A stretch of DNA of 64,000 bases from Macrostomum lignano (GCA_002269645.1 NIVC01001096.1:295332-359331), one strand, 5' to 3'; numbered from the stretch's first letter, positions 38,363 through 51,867 are shown. A program made the numbers and translations. Notes: a model not told the origin generated them from the sequence alone.

Positions 38363-39551
38363 TCGCTTAAATCAAATTTACAAATATGTAAAAAAATAGA
38401 TTCGGAGTAGATAAATGGTAGGCTCAGAGTAGATAATTAGCGGACTCAGGGAAGATAATTAGCGGAGTCAGGGTAGATAATTGGTAGGCTCAGAGAAGAT
38501 AATTGTAGACTTAAAGTTGATAAATGTAGATTTAAAGCAGATATTTGGTTGTCACAAGGTAGATAACTGGTAGATTCAACGTAGATAAACTGGTAGTTTA
38601 TAAGTAGATAAATGGAAGCCAAAGGTTACGCTTAGATACGTGGATGGAAGCCAAATAAAATGAAGGAAGAGAATGATTACAGCTAAATACAGGGCATCTA
38701 AAAACAACCTGCAGAAGCCTATACAAAAAGGTAAATGAATATCGCAAATAAAAGCTTTTTTTCTATCATTCTCTTATCCAAAATAGGGGCACACAATGCC
38801 ATGGTGCCAATTGAATTACAGCAAAAAGCTGTAATTAATTATCAATTTACTTGTAGCAGACTTGTACCATGCTGCACTCGGGGACAATGAGTTGGTTTAT
38901 TGTTGCAATTTTATTAATATTAATTATAAGGCTGATCATACAATTAGAGATGGCCACAAAAATGTCGCGAAACTGCAATTTTAAAAGACAATAAATTTGG
39001 AGACAATTTCAAAAGTGCAATACTCGTAAAACTGCTGTCAACACACGCCAGTCATCAGCAACCTTAATAGTAGTTTTTTGCGAAGTTTCAATATCGCCAG
39101 CAAATATTTTTGCAGTTTAATTTGACGCACAAATTAAAGAATTCCCAACAAAATATTGAATGAAATGCGATGGTTAAATATTAGTTTGGAGAGAACAAAC
39201 GAAAAAAAACAGACAAAAAATAACAAATTTTAGCTGGGAATCGTTACGAGACTAGTATTGTTGGGAACTTGTTACGCCGAAAAAATGTGAGTTTTGTTAA
39301 GAATAGAAAGTGTCAAATTAGCTCGTAATTAAGAGGTTTTATTATTTAAAAAGCGTATGCAAACATGAGCCCCTCACCTCCCGTTCTCGAACCCAATAAG
39401 CGTTAAAACAAGCAGAAAAAACTACTGACAGAAAAATGCGGACGAAGTCGAAACTGCGCAAAACTAATTAACCAAGCTTATGACGACTCCGCTTTTTTAC
39501 CGAGGCTTTCCTTTGCGTCTAAAAATTTTTAGTCTAAAATTGACGTCACTG

Positions 39552-42500
39552 TTAAGCCTTCAGCGCTTGTTTCTTCTGTTGCAGCTTAGCTTTCTTATTC
39601 TTGTTCTTATTCTTCTTTTTGTTATTAGTAGTAGCTGGCTGTGACTGCTGCTTAGGGGCGGCAGGAGCGGCAGGCTGATTAGATGGTTTCTTTGGCAGAG
39701 ACGGCTGCTGCTCCGGCTTCTGTTTTACGCCAGCAACGTCGCCATTGGCATCGGCGGCCAATTTTCGCTGTTTCCTCTCGGCGGCCAGCTGATTCTTATA
39801 GCTGGCCGATCGGCCAAACGCTACGCGCAGCTTGCAGCCTCGCACAGCGGCACCCTGGGCGGATTTCAAAGCTTTCAAAGCGTCGGCAGGCTGTGCGTAT
39901 TCAGCGAACGCGTAGCCAGCCGTTGACTTGTCGCGCAGGGTTGGCACTTTAACACTAGTCGCGTTCGGGAACAGAGCGGCCAACTCCTCTTTAGTGGCGT
40001 CTTTGGCAACATTAGTAATAAATAGTTGGCGCGTATTCAAAGTGGCCACATCAACGCTGCCAGTTTGTGCCATTTTGGCTACCAATTCAGACCCGTTGAA
40101 CATTTTGCCATTGAGCATATTCACCCATTTGGCGGCCGTGGTCGAGTCTTTGTATTGAAGGAAAGCGTAGCTCCGATTTTCCGATTTATTCTTTGGATTG
40201 CAAGGAATTCGAGAGGATACAGTCTCTTTAGATAGCTCTTTTAGCATAGCCTGGGTGCAGCCCTTCGGAATCGGGGTGATGAACACAGTGCAGTTAAGCG
40301 ACTCAGTCATTAGACGCTTGATTTCTTCTACAACATCCGGCGGTCCCGGGTCCGACTCGGCGACGACAGAAGTGGCTGGTTGCTTTTTCTGCTTGTTGGC
40401 GGCTTGAGTAGAAGCTTCTTCGGCTGGACGCTTCTGGCCGCGCTGCTGTTCTTGCTGTTGTTGCTTTTGCTGCTGCTGCTGCTTGGCAGAAGCGTCAGTC
40501 TTTGCTAGCTTAGCAGGTGGCGCAGCCTCTTCTTCTTCATCGTCGTCGTCCTCGTCTTCATCATCGTCATCATCATCTTCTTCGCTGTCGCTCTCAGCTG
40601 GACGCTTCATGCGCGACAAAGCTAGCGGCTCCAGCTTCTGTTGACCTTTCTTTTGGACCGGGAGGGCAGCTGGCTCTTCTTCGTCGTCGTCTTCATCATC
40701 TTCCTCATCGTCCGAGGAGCCTGCGTCGGCCAGCAGCTTGGCAATGGATTCTTCGTTGACATCCTCGTCTAGTTCGTCGTCATCTAGATCCTCTTCGTCT
40801 TCGTCTTCTTCTTCCTCCTCGTCGTCGTCGTCTTCATCATCATCGTCGTCCAAATCGTCGTCTTCGTCGCTGTCCTCTTCCAGCTTTCGCTTGGCCTGCG
40901 GGCGAGAAAAAATATTATCACTTTTTTTTAAAATGGGATGAATACAACCAGAAATGCATCGAAAAATTGTAAGAGCAGAACTCACCGGCAGTTTGACAAG
41001 CTGTCCAGCAGGTGATTTATTACTGCCAGCTGTTCCTGCGGCTGCAGCGGTGGCGGGCGACTTAGCAGCGGTAGCAACGGCGGTAGCTGGCGACTTAGCT
41101 GAAGCGGCAATAGCCGGTTTCTTTGAAGGCGGCGGAGCTTCTTCGTCATCGTCATCGTCGTCTTCTTCATCATCCTCATCGTCTTCGTCGGAGCCGGCAG
41201 CGGCTAGCATCTTCTCGATCTTGTCCATGTCCATCTCCTCTTCATCGTCATCATCGTCGTCTTCCTCTTCGTCATCATCCAAATCTTCGTCGTCATCATC
41301 ATCGTCTTCCTGTTCGACCTTCTTCGCAGCCGGTTTCGCCGCGGCGGCTGGCTGGAATAAAATAGGGATTAAACTACTGAGATTGTGAGATGGGGAATAA
41401 GCTTCTGACATTGTGAGATGAGGAATAAGCTACTGACATTGTGAGATGGGGAATAAGCTACTGAGATTGTGAGATGGGGAATAAGCTACTGAGATTGTGA
41501 GATGGGGAATAAGCTACTGACACTGTGAGATGGGGAATAAGCTTCTGACACTGTGAGATGGGGAATAAGCTACTGACATTGTGAGATGGGGAATAAGCTT
41601 CTGACACTGTGAGATGGGGAATAAGCTACTGAGATTGTGAGATGGGGAATAAGCTTCTGACACTGTGAGATGGGGAATAAGCTACTGACATTGTGAGATG
41701 GGGAATAAGCTTCTGACACTGTGAGATGGGGAATAAGCTACTGACATTGTGAGATGGGGAATAAGCTTCTGACACTGTGAGATGGGGAATAAGCTACTGA
41801 CATTGTGAGATGGGAAATAAGCTTCTGACACTGTGAGATGGGGAATAAGCTTCTGACACTGTGAGATGGGGAATAAGCTACTGACACTGTGAGATGGGGA
41901 ATAAGCTACTGACATTGTGAGATGGGGAATAAGCTACTGACACTGTGAGATGGGGAATAAGCTACTGAGATTGTGAGATGGGGAATAAGCTTCTGACATT
42001 GTGAGATGGGGAATAAGCTACTGAGATTGTGAGATGGGGAATAAGCTACTGAGATTGTGAGATGGGGAATAAGCTACTGACATTGTGAGATGGGAAATAA
42101 GCTTCTGACACTGTGAGATGGGGAATAAGCTTCTGACACTGTGAGATGGGGAATAAGCTACTGACACTGTGAGATGGGGAATAAGCTACTGACATTGTGA
42201 GATGGGGAATAAGCTACTGACACTGTGAGATGGGGAATAAGCTACTGAGATTGTGAGATGGGGAATAAGCTTCTGACATTGTGAGATGGGGAATAAGCTA
42301 CTGAGATTGTGAGATGGGGAATAAGCTACTGAGATTGTGAGATGGGGAATAAGCTACTGACATTGTGAGATGGGGAATAAGCTTCTGACACTGTGAGATG
42401 GGGAATAAGCTTCTGACACTGTGAGATGGGGAATAAGCTACTGACACTGTGAGATGGGGAATAAGCTACTGACATTGTGAGATGGGGAATAAGCTACTGA

Positions 42501-45500
42501 GATTGTGAGATGGGGAATAAGCTTCTGACATTGTGAGATGGGGAATAAGCTACTGAGATTGTGAGATGGGGAATAAGCTACTGAGATTGTGAGATGGGGA
42601 ATAAGCTTCTGACATTGTGAGATGGGAAATAAGCTTCTGACACTGTGAGATGGGGAATAAGCTTCTGACACTGTGAGATGGGGAATAAGCTACTGAGATT
42701 GTGAGATGGGGAATAAGCTACTGACATTGTGAGATGGGGAATAAGCTACTGACACTGTGAGATGGGGATTAAGCTACTGACACTGTGAGATGGGGAATAA
42801 GCTACTGACACTGTGAGATGGGGAATAAGCTACTGACACTGTGAGATAGGGAATAAGCTACTGACACTGTGAGATGGTGAATAAGCTACTGACACTGTGA
42901 GATGGGGAATAAGCTACTGACATTGTGAGATGGGGATTAAACTACTGACATTGTGAGATGGGGAATAAGCTACTGACAAAGACTAAATGACGTGGACAAA
43001 ACCTTAAATACTGCCAATGTACGCAAATGTCGAGTGAACGAGACAAAATCTACTAAGCGCTAAAAGAAAGGCAAAGTTGAAACTCTCGTTCTAGTTTAAA
43101 GACACGACGAACTGCGTTGATGGACAATACTTTGCGCCGCTACGAAAACCGACGCGTTAACTGATTTTTTTAAATGAACGGACGGTGAGCAATGAGCGGC
43201 ATTTGGTTTAGTTTCTTTTAACAGACTCAATAGGATTCTTAGGGGCTGTAGCCACGTGGTCTAGCGCGGCGCTCTGATGTGCAAGAGGCCCAGGCTTGAT
43301 TCCAAGTGCAGTCACATTAATTTGGGGCTAAATTAGATTCTCGTAAGGCACAGTGATGCCGAACGATAAATAAAGTTAGGGGAGTTGTGTACACTCCTGT
43401 GTGAGTGTGTGCCTGGGCATTTGACTGTGTTCGTATTCGCGCGCTTATGCGCCTGCTCAGGGGAGTTGGCGAAATGGGCAGTATTGCCTCTCGCCGGTTG
43501 TATGACAATGTCGCTTAAAGTGCACACAGCCCCCTGCCTCTAATAATAAAAAACGGGCTCGTAAAACTACTTGTAGTAATCTAAATATACTAAAAATGAA
43601 AATCTTATTCACTAAAAATAAAGTAGGACGAAATGCAAAATGAAAAAAACTGAATTAAAAAGACCCAGATTGAACTACTTACTAAGTAACAAGCAGAGCT
43701 GATATTAGACAATGAATTAAAACACTTACAGATTTTCCTGCCGGAGATTTGGCAGCCGAAGCAGGAGCAGTCTGCTTCTGCTGTTTCTGCAGCTGCTTGA
43801 GCTTGCCCATCAGTTCCGGACTCAAATCGTCATCATCCTCGTCTTCGTCATCGTCATCTTCGTCTCCGCCTTCTTCATCGTCGCCGCTGCTAAACTCCAA
43901 TTCGCTGTCGTCTTCTCCTTCCATGCCTTCTTCGTCCTCGTCCTCGTCTTCCTCGTCATCATCGTCATCGCCACCAGACGATGGCTTTTTCTGTTGCGGC
44001 CTGTTGCCACCCTGTTAGGTGATTAAATAAAGCAGGTGATATTTGAACACATTTTCTGGCGTGTAGAAACAGCAGACATTGCAGATTCGAAATCTATCTA
44101 CGACAGGGGTTGGCAAACTCAGGCCCGCTGGCTACTCCCTCTGGCCCCTCTGGCCATTCAAAGTTGTGAATGGTCCCACTGGCCATTTAGAGTTGTGAAT
44201 GGTCCCTCTGGCCATTTAGAGTTGTGAATGGTCCCTCTGGCCATTCAAGAGTTGTGAATGGTCCCTCTGGCCATTTAGAGTTGTGAATGGTCCCTCTGGC
44301 CATTTAGTTGTGAATGGTCCCTCTGGCCATTCAGAGTTGTGAATGGTCCCTCTGGCCATTCAGAGTTGTGAATGGTCCCTCTGGCCATTCAGAGTTGTGA
44401 ATGGTCCCTCTGGCCATTCAGAGTTGTGAATGGTCCCTCTGGCCATTCAGAGTTGTGAATGGTCCCTCTGGCCATCCCTATCTCTACTGCCCGCAGTCAT
44501 ACACTAGATTCTCTATCTAATTGAGGTAAAAAAATTTGCCGACCCCTGATCCAAGAGAACATAAGGGAAGATCTTAAGACATTTATTAAAAAACTGACAG
44601 AGTTAAGATCTAACGTCTAGTGAACCTAGACCAAGAATGATCCCAGAGTCACTTGCGTCGCCCTACAATTGCTGCCTGTAACACAGGGAAAAATAGGAAA
44701 GAAGTGACTCTAAACCGACTTTAAACCGACGAGATATCACGATAAAAGTCGCCTAAAAGTCAATTTGAGGCACTTTATTGTCTGCGACTCTGTGGCCGTA
44801 CAGTCGGTCTCTGGGGCGTGCTAGTGTTGCTGTAAAGTTACTCAGCCCACCTGCGTCATCTTGTAGAACTAAGAATCGCATTTAGCATTTATAAAAACTC
44901 TATCTAGTCTACTAGAGTTAGTAGACAGTTAAGCACCAACACAACGACTCTTGGATGACTCTTCTACGATTCTATAACTCACGTGATTACGTGAAAGTCA
45001 CAAGAGTCGCTATAGTCACTAATTGGTTGTTTGCAGTAATTCTTTTACCGGTTCAAAATTGATCCAAAAATAATATCTGATTTGTAGTTGTAGAACATTA
45101 TTAATTGTTCATATAATTATCTGCGCACCTGAAATCCACCACCGCGCTTAAAAGCACTGGCGCTGCCACGATTGCCGTTGAAGACGCCGCCTCTTCTAGC
45201 AACCTGCTGCTTGCCGTCGCCAGCTTTAACGCCTTTGAACGGCTGAATCTGGGCGAATGGCTTTTTGTCGCCGGGCGTGGCCGGACTGCGGGATTGATCC
45301 TTTTGAAAGTAGCGACCGCCGCCACCGCCGCCGCCGCGGTTGCCGGGGCTGCCACGACCGCCGCGGTTGCCGGGGCTGCCACGACCGCCGCGGTTGCCGG
45401 GGCTGCCACGACCGCCGCGGTGTCCCGGGCTTGAACTGAATCGGCCGCCGCCGCCACCTCGGTTTCCGCCCCTGCCACCGCCCCCTCTGTTTCCGCCTCT

Positions 45501-45524
45501 GCCTCTATTGAAATTGCCTCGCAT
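39552..45524 (-). CDS. NCL: Nucleolin-like protein (~795 aa): N-terminal RGG/GAR, acidic tracts, two RRMs, Lys-rich tail
   Basis: Exons 45524-45129, 44011-43730, 41351-40986, 40895-39552 (all phase 0, GT-AG). RRM2 (LFITNV..FPNATSVKVP..GYAFAEY) resembles the nucleolin RRMs; several long D/E tracts. Confidence 0.82.
41390..42978. repeat. 28-bp minisatellite (TGTGAGATGGGGAATAAGCTACTGACAT), ~57 copies, in a nucleolin intron
   Basis: Directly visible. Confidence 0.97.
43242..43531 (+). mobile_element. tRNA-derived SINE with an internal deletion
   Basis: A-box TAGCCACGTGG and B-box GGCTTGATTCC; collinear with the inverted copy at 55575-55949. Confidence 0.8.
44104..44548. mobile_element. hAT-type MITE containing a 29-bp tandem array
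   Basis: TIRs CAGGGGTTGGCAAA / TTTGCCGACCCCTG; 8-bp flanks ATCTACGA and ATCCAAGA (6/8 identical); internal (GTGAATGGTCCCTCTGGCCATTCAGAGTT) ~11 copies. Confidence 0.85.
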
Positions 45525-48500
45525 CTGGAAATATTGAAGGCTTTGAAAATTAATAGAAGTACAAATGCAGTGAACTAAGTGATATGTTCTAGTTCTGATG
45601 CAATATTGCAAGCAAGGCACCATCAATTTTAGTTTCTGGCACTCCAGTGATTTTTAAGCTTGAGAATCTTTTAAGCAAAAAAACTATAAAAGAGCAAACA
45701 ATTTCCTATCTCTCCTGTGGGTCATGATCCTAATTTTAGTGTGGGAGAAGGGGGCAGCCCATCTCTTGATCAATAGATCTGCTAGTGTATGCATTTAGTT
45801 TTTTGTTTTCTGTTAATTTTTGGTAGTCTATTCTTTTGATCAAAATTTAGCTATTTCAGTTTTGCATATGGAACCAATGCCAAACTTGGACTGTTGTCAG
45901 TTTGTTTACCTAAGGTCAGTGCTAGGGTAAACAGTTTGTCTATTATTGTATCTAATGAAAACAATATCTAGCAATAAAGTGGTTAAAACATAAATTAGTG
46001 CAAAGAGCAATATTTGCTGCAAATAAAGCACTTTTATTTTTTACCATTTAGTGCTACTTTTGTTAGGGATAAATGTGGATTCATCTTAAATAAGTTTTAA
46101 ATCTTGTAAAAATTTTGCATGAAGTATAAAGTTAATGTAGTTTCTTAAGGCATTTCTTAGAGCACTACACAATGCAATGAATTGAAATGCATAGCATTGC
46201 TGAAGGTTATATTGTAGTGTTCTGCCATAAGGGCAGTGTTCCCACTCAGCAACCTTCATTTTTTCGCGCCATGGATATTTTTTGCGCCATCATCACTCTT
46301 TACCTCTAAGGCTCTAATGCAGTGTGATGCCCATTGAGATATTTAAAAAAACTAATATCTCAACTAATACCTAACATCTAGGGACCTTAATCATAAATCA
46401 TCCAATTTTAGACAAGATAAAACACTACAATTTGGCAAACATGGGTTGAAAAATGGCAACAACAACATGGGCATCAGACTATTAATTTCTCTAAATCAAT
46501 ACTGCAATTATAATTACAATTAACAGTAAAGTATAATTTGTATAGTAAAACATAGAAAAATGGAAAAAAAGGAAGGAAGCAAAAAAGTGCCATAACTGGC
46601 ACTATTTCCTGCAATCTCAACAGACAGCTGCTACAGTAGATCAAGAAAAAAGGCCAGTATTATTATTAAGGCATGCAATGCCTTAATAAAAGTATTCATT
46701 TCTCACTTCTGACAGAATTTGGAATATCATATGTCAATATATTCAATCATAAATTACAAATGGGGGCACCTCAATATCTAAACTTAAAACTTGAAAACAC
46801 CTAACAGGCTCTTACAATTACAAGGCTGCCATCCTGTGCCATAATTTAGTCAAATTGGATTGTAAAGTGTAGATTTTTTAATTATGCTCCTGGTCTTGGC
46901 ACATAATGTCACAATATAATTATATTATGCTCCTAGCCTCATAAATATCTAAGAATTATTACTACATGCTAATAGGCAATTTATGATTAAGGATACGAAA
47001 GTTTACTATAAACTAGAAAATGACAAAAATAAAACAAATGGATCTCATATTGCTGTCTCTACTGCAGATGAAACTTCTTGCTCTGCATGCTTTCAAAGTT
47101 TCAGGCAACCTTTTGCCTATCAAGGAAGACAACAGAATGTCAGTAGTAGCACACTTAAGTACAGACTTTGTTATACAATGACTTTCTTCTTTTTTCTTTA
47201 GAAGCTTTGTATGCTCGTGTTGTAAATCTTCTAGCTCCTTGTCTATTGACTGCATATTTTTTGCACTTCCTCTTGCAACCTTTGGCACTTCTCCCTCTCA
47301 GCAATCTTGCACTCAATTTCACTAGCCTTTGCCTATAGCGCCTCTTCAGCATTGCAAAATGTCTTGCTGGCCCTCTTCTCTGGTCTGTTTTGTTACAAAC
47401 AGTGCCAAATGTTAAAAGCTTCAAAAAAGCATCCAAAAATGTGGAAAAGGGTTATAAATTATGCACAAACTTTCCACATTTTTAGATTCACATCAAGCCT
47501 TACTAATCATGCATTGGCAAAATATTGCCTTATTTTTTAGCATGGCACAAATTTGTGCCAGAGTGGGAACATTGCATAAGGGGGATCCATATGTCAGCCA
47601 TAAACAAAACTATGGCTTCTTCCAATTTTCTATGTTTTATAGTCGTAACCCCAATATTACTATATTACCATAGTCTTTAAAGCCATAGTTCTAACAAAAA
47701 GTTAAATAAAGTTTGAATCAGGAGGATAACTTAGTACTTAAAAAATTAAAATAAAGGTAGAAACTCAAACTAACACTTAAATGCCTTTTGTTAGATTACA
47801 TTTCAATCTATCTAACTATACTAAAAATTGTCTGTTGGTATGTATGTGTGTGATCTTTTCAACAATAATTAAGAATTTGCTAATATTTTATTGTACTAAA
47901 TTTGGTATAATTTTTAAGTTTCTGAATCTATAATGCAGTTTATACTAAGTATCTTTGTTTTATTTTACCTTTAATATTTATTATTTTTTAATTTATAACT
48001 ATAGCTATAGGAATCTATAGAATATAATACAATTATTATATTTTTGCAGTCTTAGCCATAAGAACAGCTATCTACCATAGGCATATCTGTAGCTATCATA
48101 AACACTTATTTTACCATATTTGCCATAGGATCCTATAGCCATAGCCATAGCTATGGTAGAACACTAATTGTATTGTCTATTATATTACAAAAGGTTGTAT
48201 TTCAAAATTAAGTAAATACAAGCTAAATGAAATAAAAAAGTTAAAAATAATAAAAGCTAAATACATATCATCTTTTTAAGTTATATTATGTAGCCAATGA
48301 TACATAGGCCTAAACAAACTATAAATGTATAACAAATGATTTCCCTTTATTTTAAATATTGGCAACTAAAATAGACAAATTAATTAACTAATCATGTAAT
48401 TTTAGTATATAATATGATATATCATGCTAAAAAATAATTTATTATCAATCAATCAATCAACTATCAATCTATTATTGAACTATAGTAAAAAATGGCCTTT

Positions 48501-48980
48501 TTCATAGAAAATTCTGGCACAAAAGGGGTTAGACATGTGTTGCACTGGCATATTCCAGTGCAGAAACAAGCAAGGGAGAAAAATCTAGCATAGTATAGGC
48601 CTAAAATTTGCTAGAATTTGGTGCAAGAAGAAACTTTCAACAAGACAATATTTTCTACTGATAGAAAATTAGCATCTATAATTTCTTGTTATTAGCACTT
48701 TTTGTTTGCTAGTATATTGATGGCTTTTTATTTAATTTATGTGAATATTGCATTTTTTATGAAACAAATTCCAATATAAGTTTTTTCAGTATTTTTCAAA
48801 TAGAAAATTATTGGGCATAGTTCTAGTTTACTTCGTTATATTATTCTGCCTTTTGTTAAATTATTTTACCCCATTTTTCTGCTTCGCAATTATAAGCCAC
48901 TTCATGATGGTGAAGTCATCCCGACTGGCTTCTACCATCTTGCGAATTCTGAAGTTTCTTTTAGTATAGTTTAAAAGCTC

Positions 48981-51867
48981 CCCGCCAAACTCTGCAGCCA
49001 GATTTTGATCTGAAATTTATACTCCTTCACCCGGATTGTGCCGGAAAAGAGCTTGTTTTCGGACCACAACCGGACGAAACCGGAGCAGAACAAAACCGGA
49101 CAAAGACCGGTCCAATAAATTCCAAGAATCGGACAAATCCGGAACAATGAGCGCCGGTTATTCGTCCGGAATATTGTCCGCTTGTTTGTTATGTGAGCAT
49201 CCGTTTTGAGCGTGACGAAAAACTGGTGCAGGAGGGGTAATGCGTCATTTCTGTACCGGATTTTCGCCCGGTATTTTGACTGGGCGCCGAGCCGTCGTTT
49301 CACCGGTACGCAACGGACAATATTCCGGTTCGGAAAGCTGGTTTAATAATGGCTATAATTGCTATCCCGCTAAAAATGGGCTTCTTCTTCGGCTGCTTCT
49401 GGCTGGAAGTACCGATGCTTCCAGAAAATGAAGCAGCTGAGTGTAGGAAACACTGGCTGTCTTTAACTCCGCAAAGCCGGTCCCAAGCCTGGTTGCAAAA
49501 GGAGGAGGGTTGAAGAAGCCTTGACTCTCTTGTAAATTTACAAGAGAGTCGAGGCTTACGTTAACGTAAGTCGATCTGCTGAGATAACTGCGGCTAGCAG
49601 CGAGGGGTAATACAACCTCGCAGATGTTGGGGAGTTTGTTTGTCAAATAAATTGATGCGTTACTGAAGATGTAGTGGAAACATCTTCTGTTTTGGTTCAA
49701 TTTGTTTATCGCACTTGTTCTTTCTTTCCTGTATTATTTATGCCATACGTCGTACATCCGTTATCCAAAATCCAGCAACCCTAAATTTTTCTTTCTTTCT
49801 TTCTTGGCTAAGAGTCGCGTCCTATTATATTTTCAGGGCCATTAAATCTGCAGGGCCATTATATCCTACATAGGTCCTACAAGAAATAGCTAAGAAGTAT
49901 TTTAAATTAGGTCAAAGTCTAAGTCTAAGTTTGTCACAGAAGTCAAACCGCTAGATAAGTTTATAAACTTATAGCTCATTTACTCGTAGATTCTGTTCCT
50001 TCGACATGTACGCGTGCTAATGAATCAGTAATACCCCCGCCCTCAGCTGCCTAGACGTATGGAGGATGATGAAAAAAGGCTGCACAGGCGGTTGTACATG
50101 CGGGCATACCGGTTTCGAAGAAAGTTAAATGCAGCAACTCTAGCCCGATCGCGATCCCCCGTGGAGAAACGCGGCGCTGGCACGTCAGCTGACGCTGACG
50201 CTGCAAGTGCAGCTTCTAACGGCGCTGTTAGCAGTGACGATGACAGTGATGCTGTTACTGTTGATCCTGCTCCTGGTGACAGTGACGGTGGCACATCTGG
50301 TCAACAAGCATGCTGTGATCAGGTTGACCCATCGGCTGACAGTGACAATACCGAACCTGCGGATGACTGTAACAGTGAGTCTGCATCTGCAGACAACGAG
50401 ACTAATTGTGAGAGCGTTGATGTCGCATCCTCATCTGACTCTGGTAATAGCTTCTCAGATGTCGGTGACAGTAAGTAATGTCACATACATTATAATTGCA
50501 TATTGCGATGCAGATGCATATACACCTCCCTCTAAAGTCATTTCATTCGTTTCATTTTTGATCAAAGGCGACTTTGACAGTGACGAAGACGCACCGCTGC
50601 CGGTACCTGATGCACAACTGCATCAGCCGTTCCATCCAGCGCTTCCGGGAACGCTGGGCCAGGCTGCGTCAGACATTATGCTGTTTGTCATAGAGACTGC
50701 GTTCGGAACATTTGTCGCTGTTGCAGTGTCTCTTGCGGGCACTGTTCTCTGAGACGGAGTTTTCAGGCGCAAATTTCTCGGGCCGAAAGCTGGGGGACCA
50801 GCTGACTGCTGCCGCTAACCCAGCCAAACTGCTTATCGCTAAGCAGTGGCTGCAGAACGTTGGCGTCATCGCCACTAAGCGCCAACTACAACGCGCTTTC
50901 TCGCGTTGCCGTGAGACGGCACGCGTTCGCCAGGGTCTGCCGAAACTGAAGTGCCGCCGTATCACCGGCCCGAGGCCCGGATCGAGCGGCCCGAGGCCAA
51001 GCGCTACCAAGAGGCCGAAGAAGGCCTCCTCGACGACAGACTCCCATGCCATCGTTGTTGTCATGGAGGAGCCTGATGAGAACCATCCGGTTCTCATTTA
51101 CCCTTCGCCTGCGACTGCGGCTACGGATACGTTGGCGGCTTCAGTGACGACGGCTAACCTCGTCACGAGCATGGACGATTTGCAGTCGGCCGGTAGCCTC
51201 GTTGACTTGCTGAAGCTTGTGGTTGACGGTTGGTTCGGCCAATTGAACATCCTTTATCACCTTTATCACCTTTATGACTCATTTGTGAGTGCCAGAAGGG
51301 AAGCAACACATTTGTAAGGGACCATGTGTGATTTGCGATGTTCGGTGCTTTCGATGTTTCGGAAGTAAAAATAAATTGCCATGGAAATGGAAAGGTTGAC
51401 AAATGCCTGGATTGAAAAAAAGTACTTCCTTTTAAACTCTTCAATTTTCTTTTCATTTTCTATTCGCGTGGAAGACTGCCTCCTGCTCCGGAGAGAACGG
51501 TTCAAGATTAAACCGGGCCGGTCCGGCTTTCGGTCCGGTCTCGATCCCATTTGGATCGGTCAATGCCACGGTCCAGCAACCGGCGCAACATCTGGCTCTC
51601 TTTGACCGGATCAGGCACCGGAACAAAACTGGCGCAACATCTGGCTCTCTTTGACCGGATCAGGCACCGGAACAAACTTCGGAATAATCACCGGACATAA
51701 AACAGGGCAAAGGCGATAAAATCTGAACGCCTGGTCCTGAAACGTAACTTTTTGTCCGGCTCTGTTCCGGTTTCTTTACACTGTGGATATGGGCCGATTC
51801 CAGACAATAAACCGGATCAAGATACTGGTGCTAAAAGCAAAAAATCGGACGAATTAAGTTTGGCAGG
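48981..51867. mobile_element. Putative non-autonomous CMC/EnSpm-like DNA transposon with CCGG-rich subterminal regions
   Basis: Termini CCCGCCAAACT / AGTTTGGCAGG (10/11 inverted match), possible 2-bp TC target duplication; dense (A/T)CCGG(A/T) motifs at 49040-49340 and 51500-51830 with partial inverted similarity. Confidence 0.5.
50059..51317 (+). CDS. BEN-domain-like protein with basic N-terminus and acidic linker; one frameshift near 50711 or an extra intron
   Basis: Exon 50059-50470, GTAAGT..AAG intron, exon from 50568. Segment LLQCLLRALFSETEFSGANFSGRK..NPAKLLIAKQWL..LQRAFSRCRETAR fits the BEN-domain pattern by eye. Confidence 0.6.

Noticed and set aside
38000-45524. Nucleolin-RPS28 operon resolved by trans-splicing
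   Set aside because: RPS28 has a plausible cis donor and its own TOP-like first exon; the 1.2-kb gap is unremarkable.
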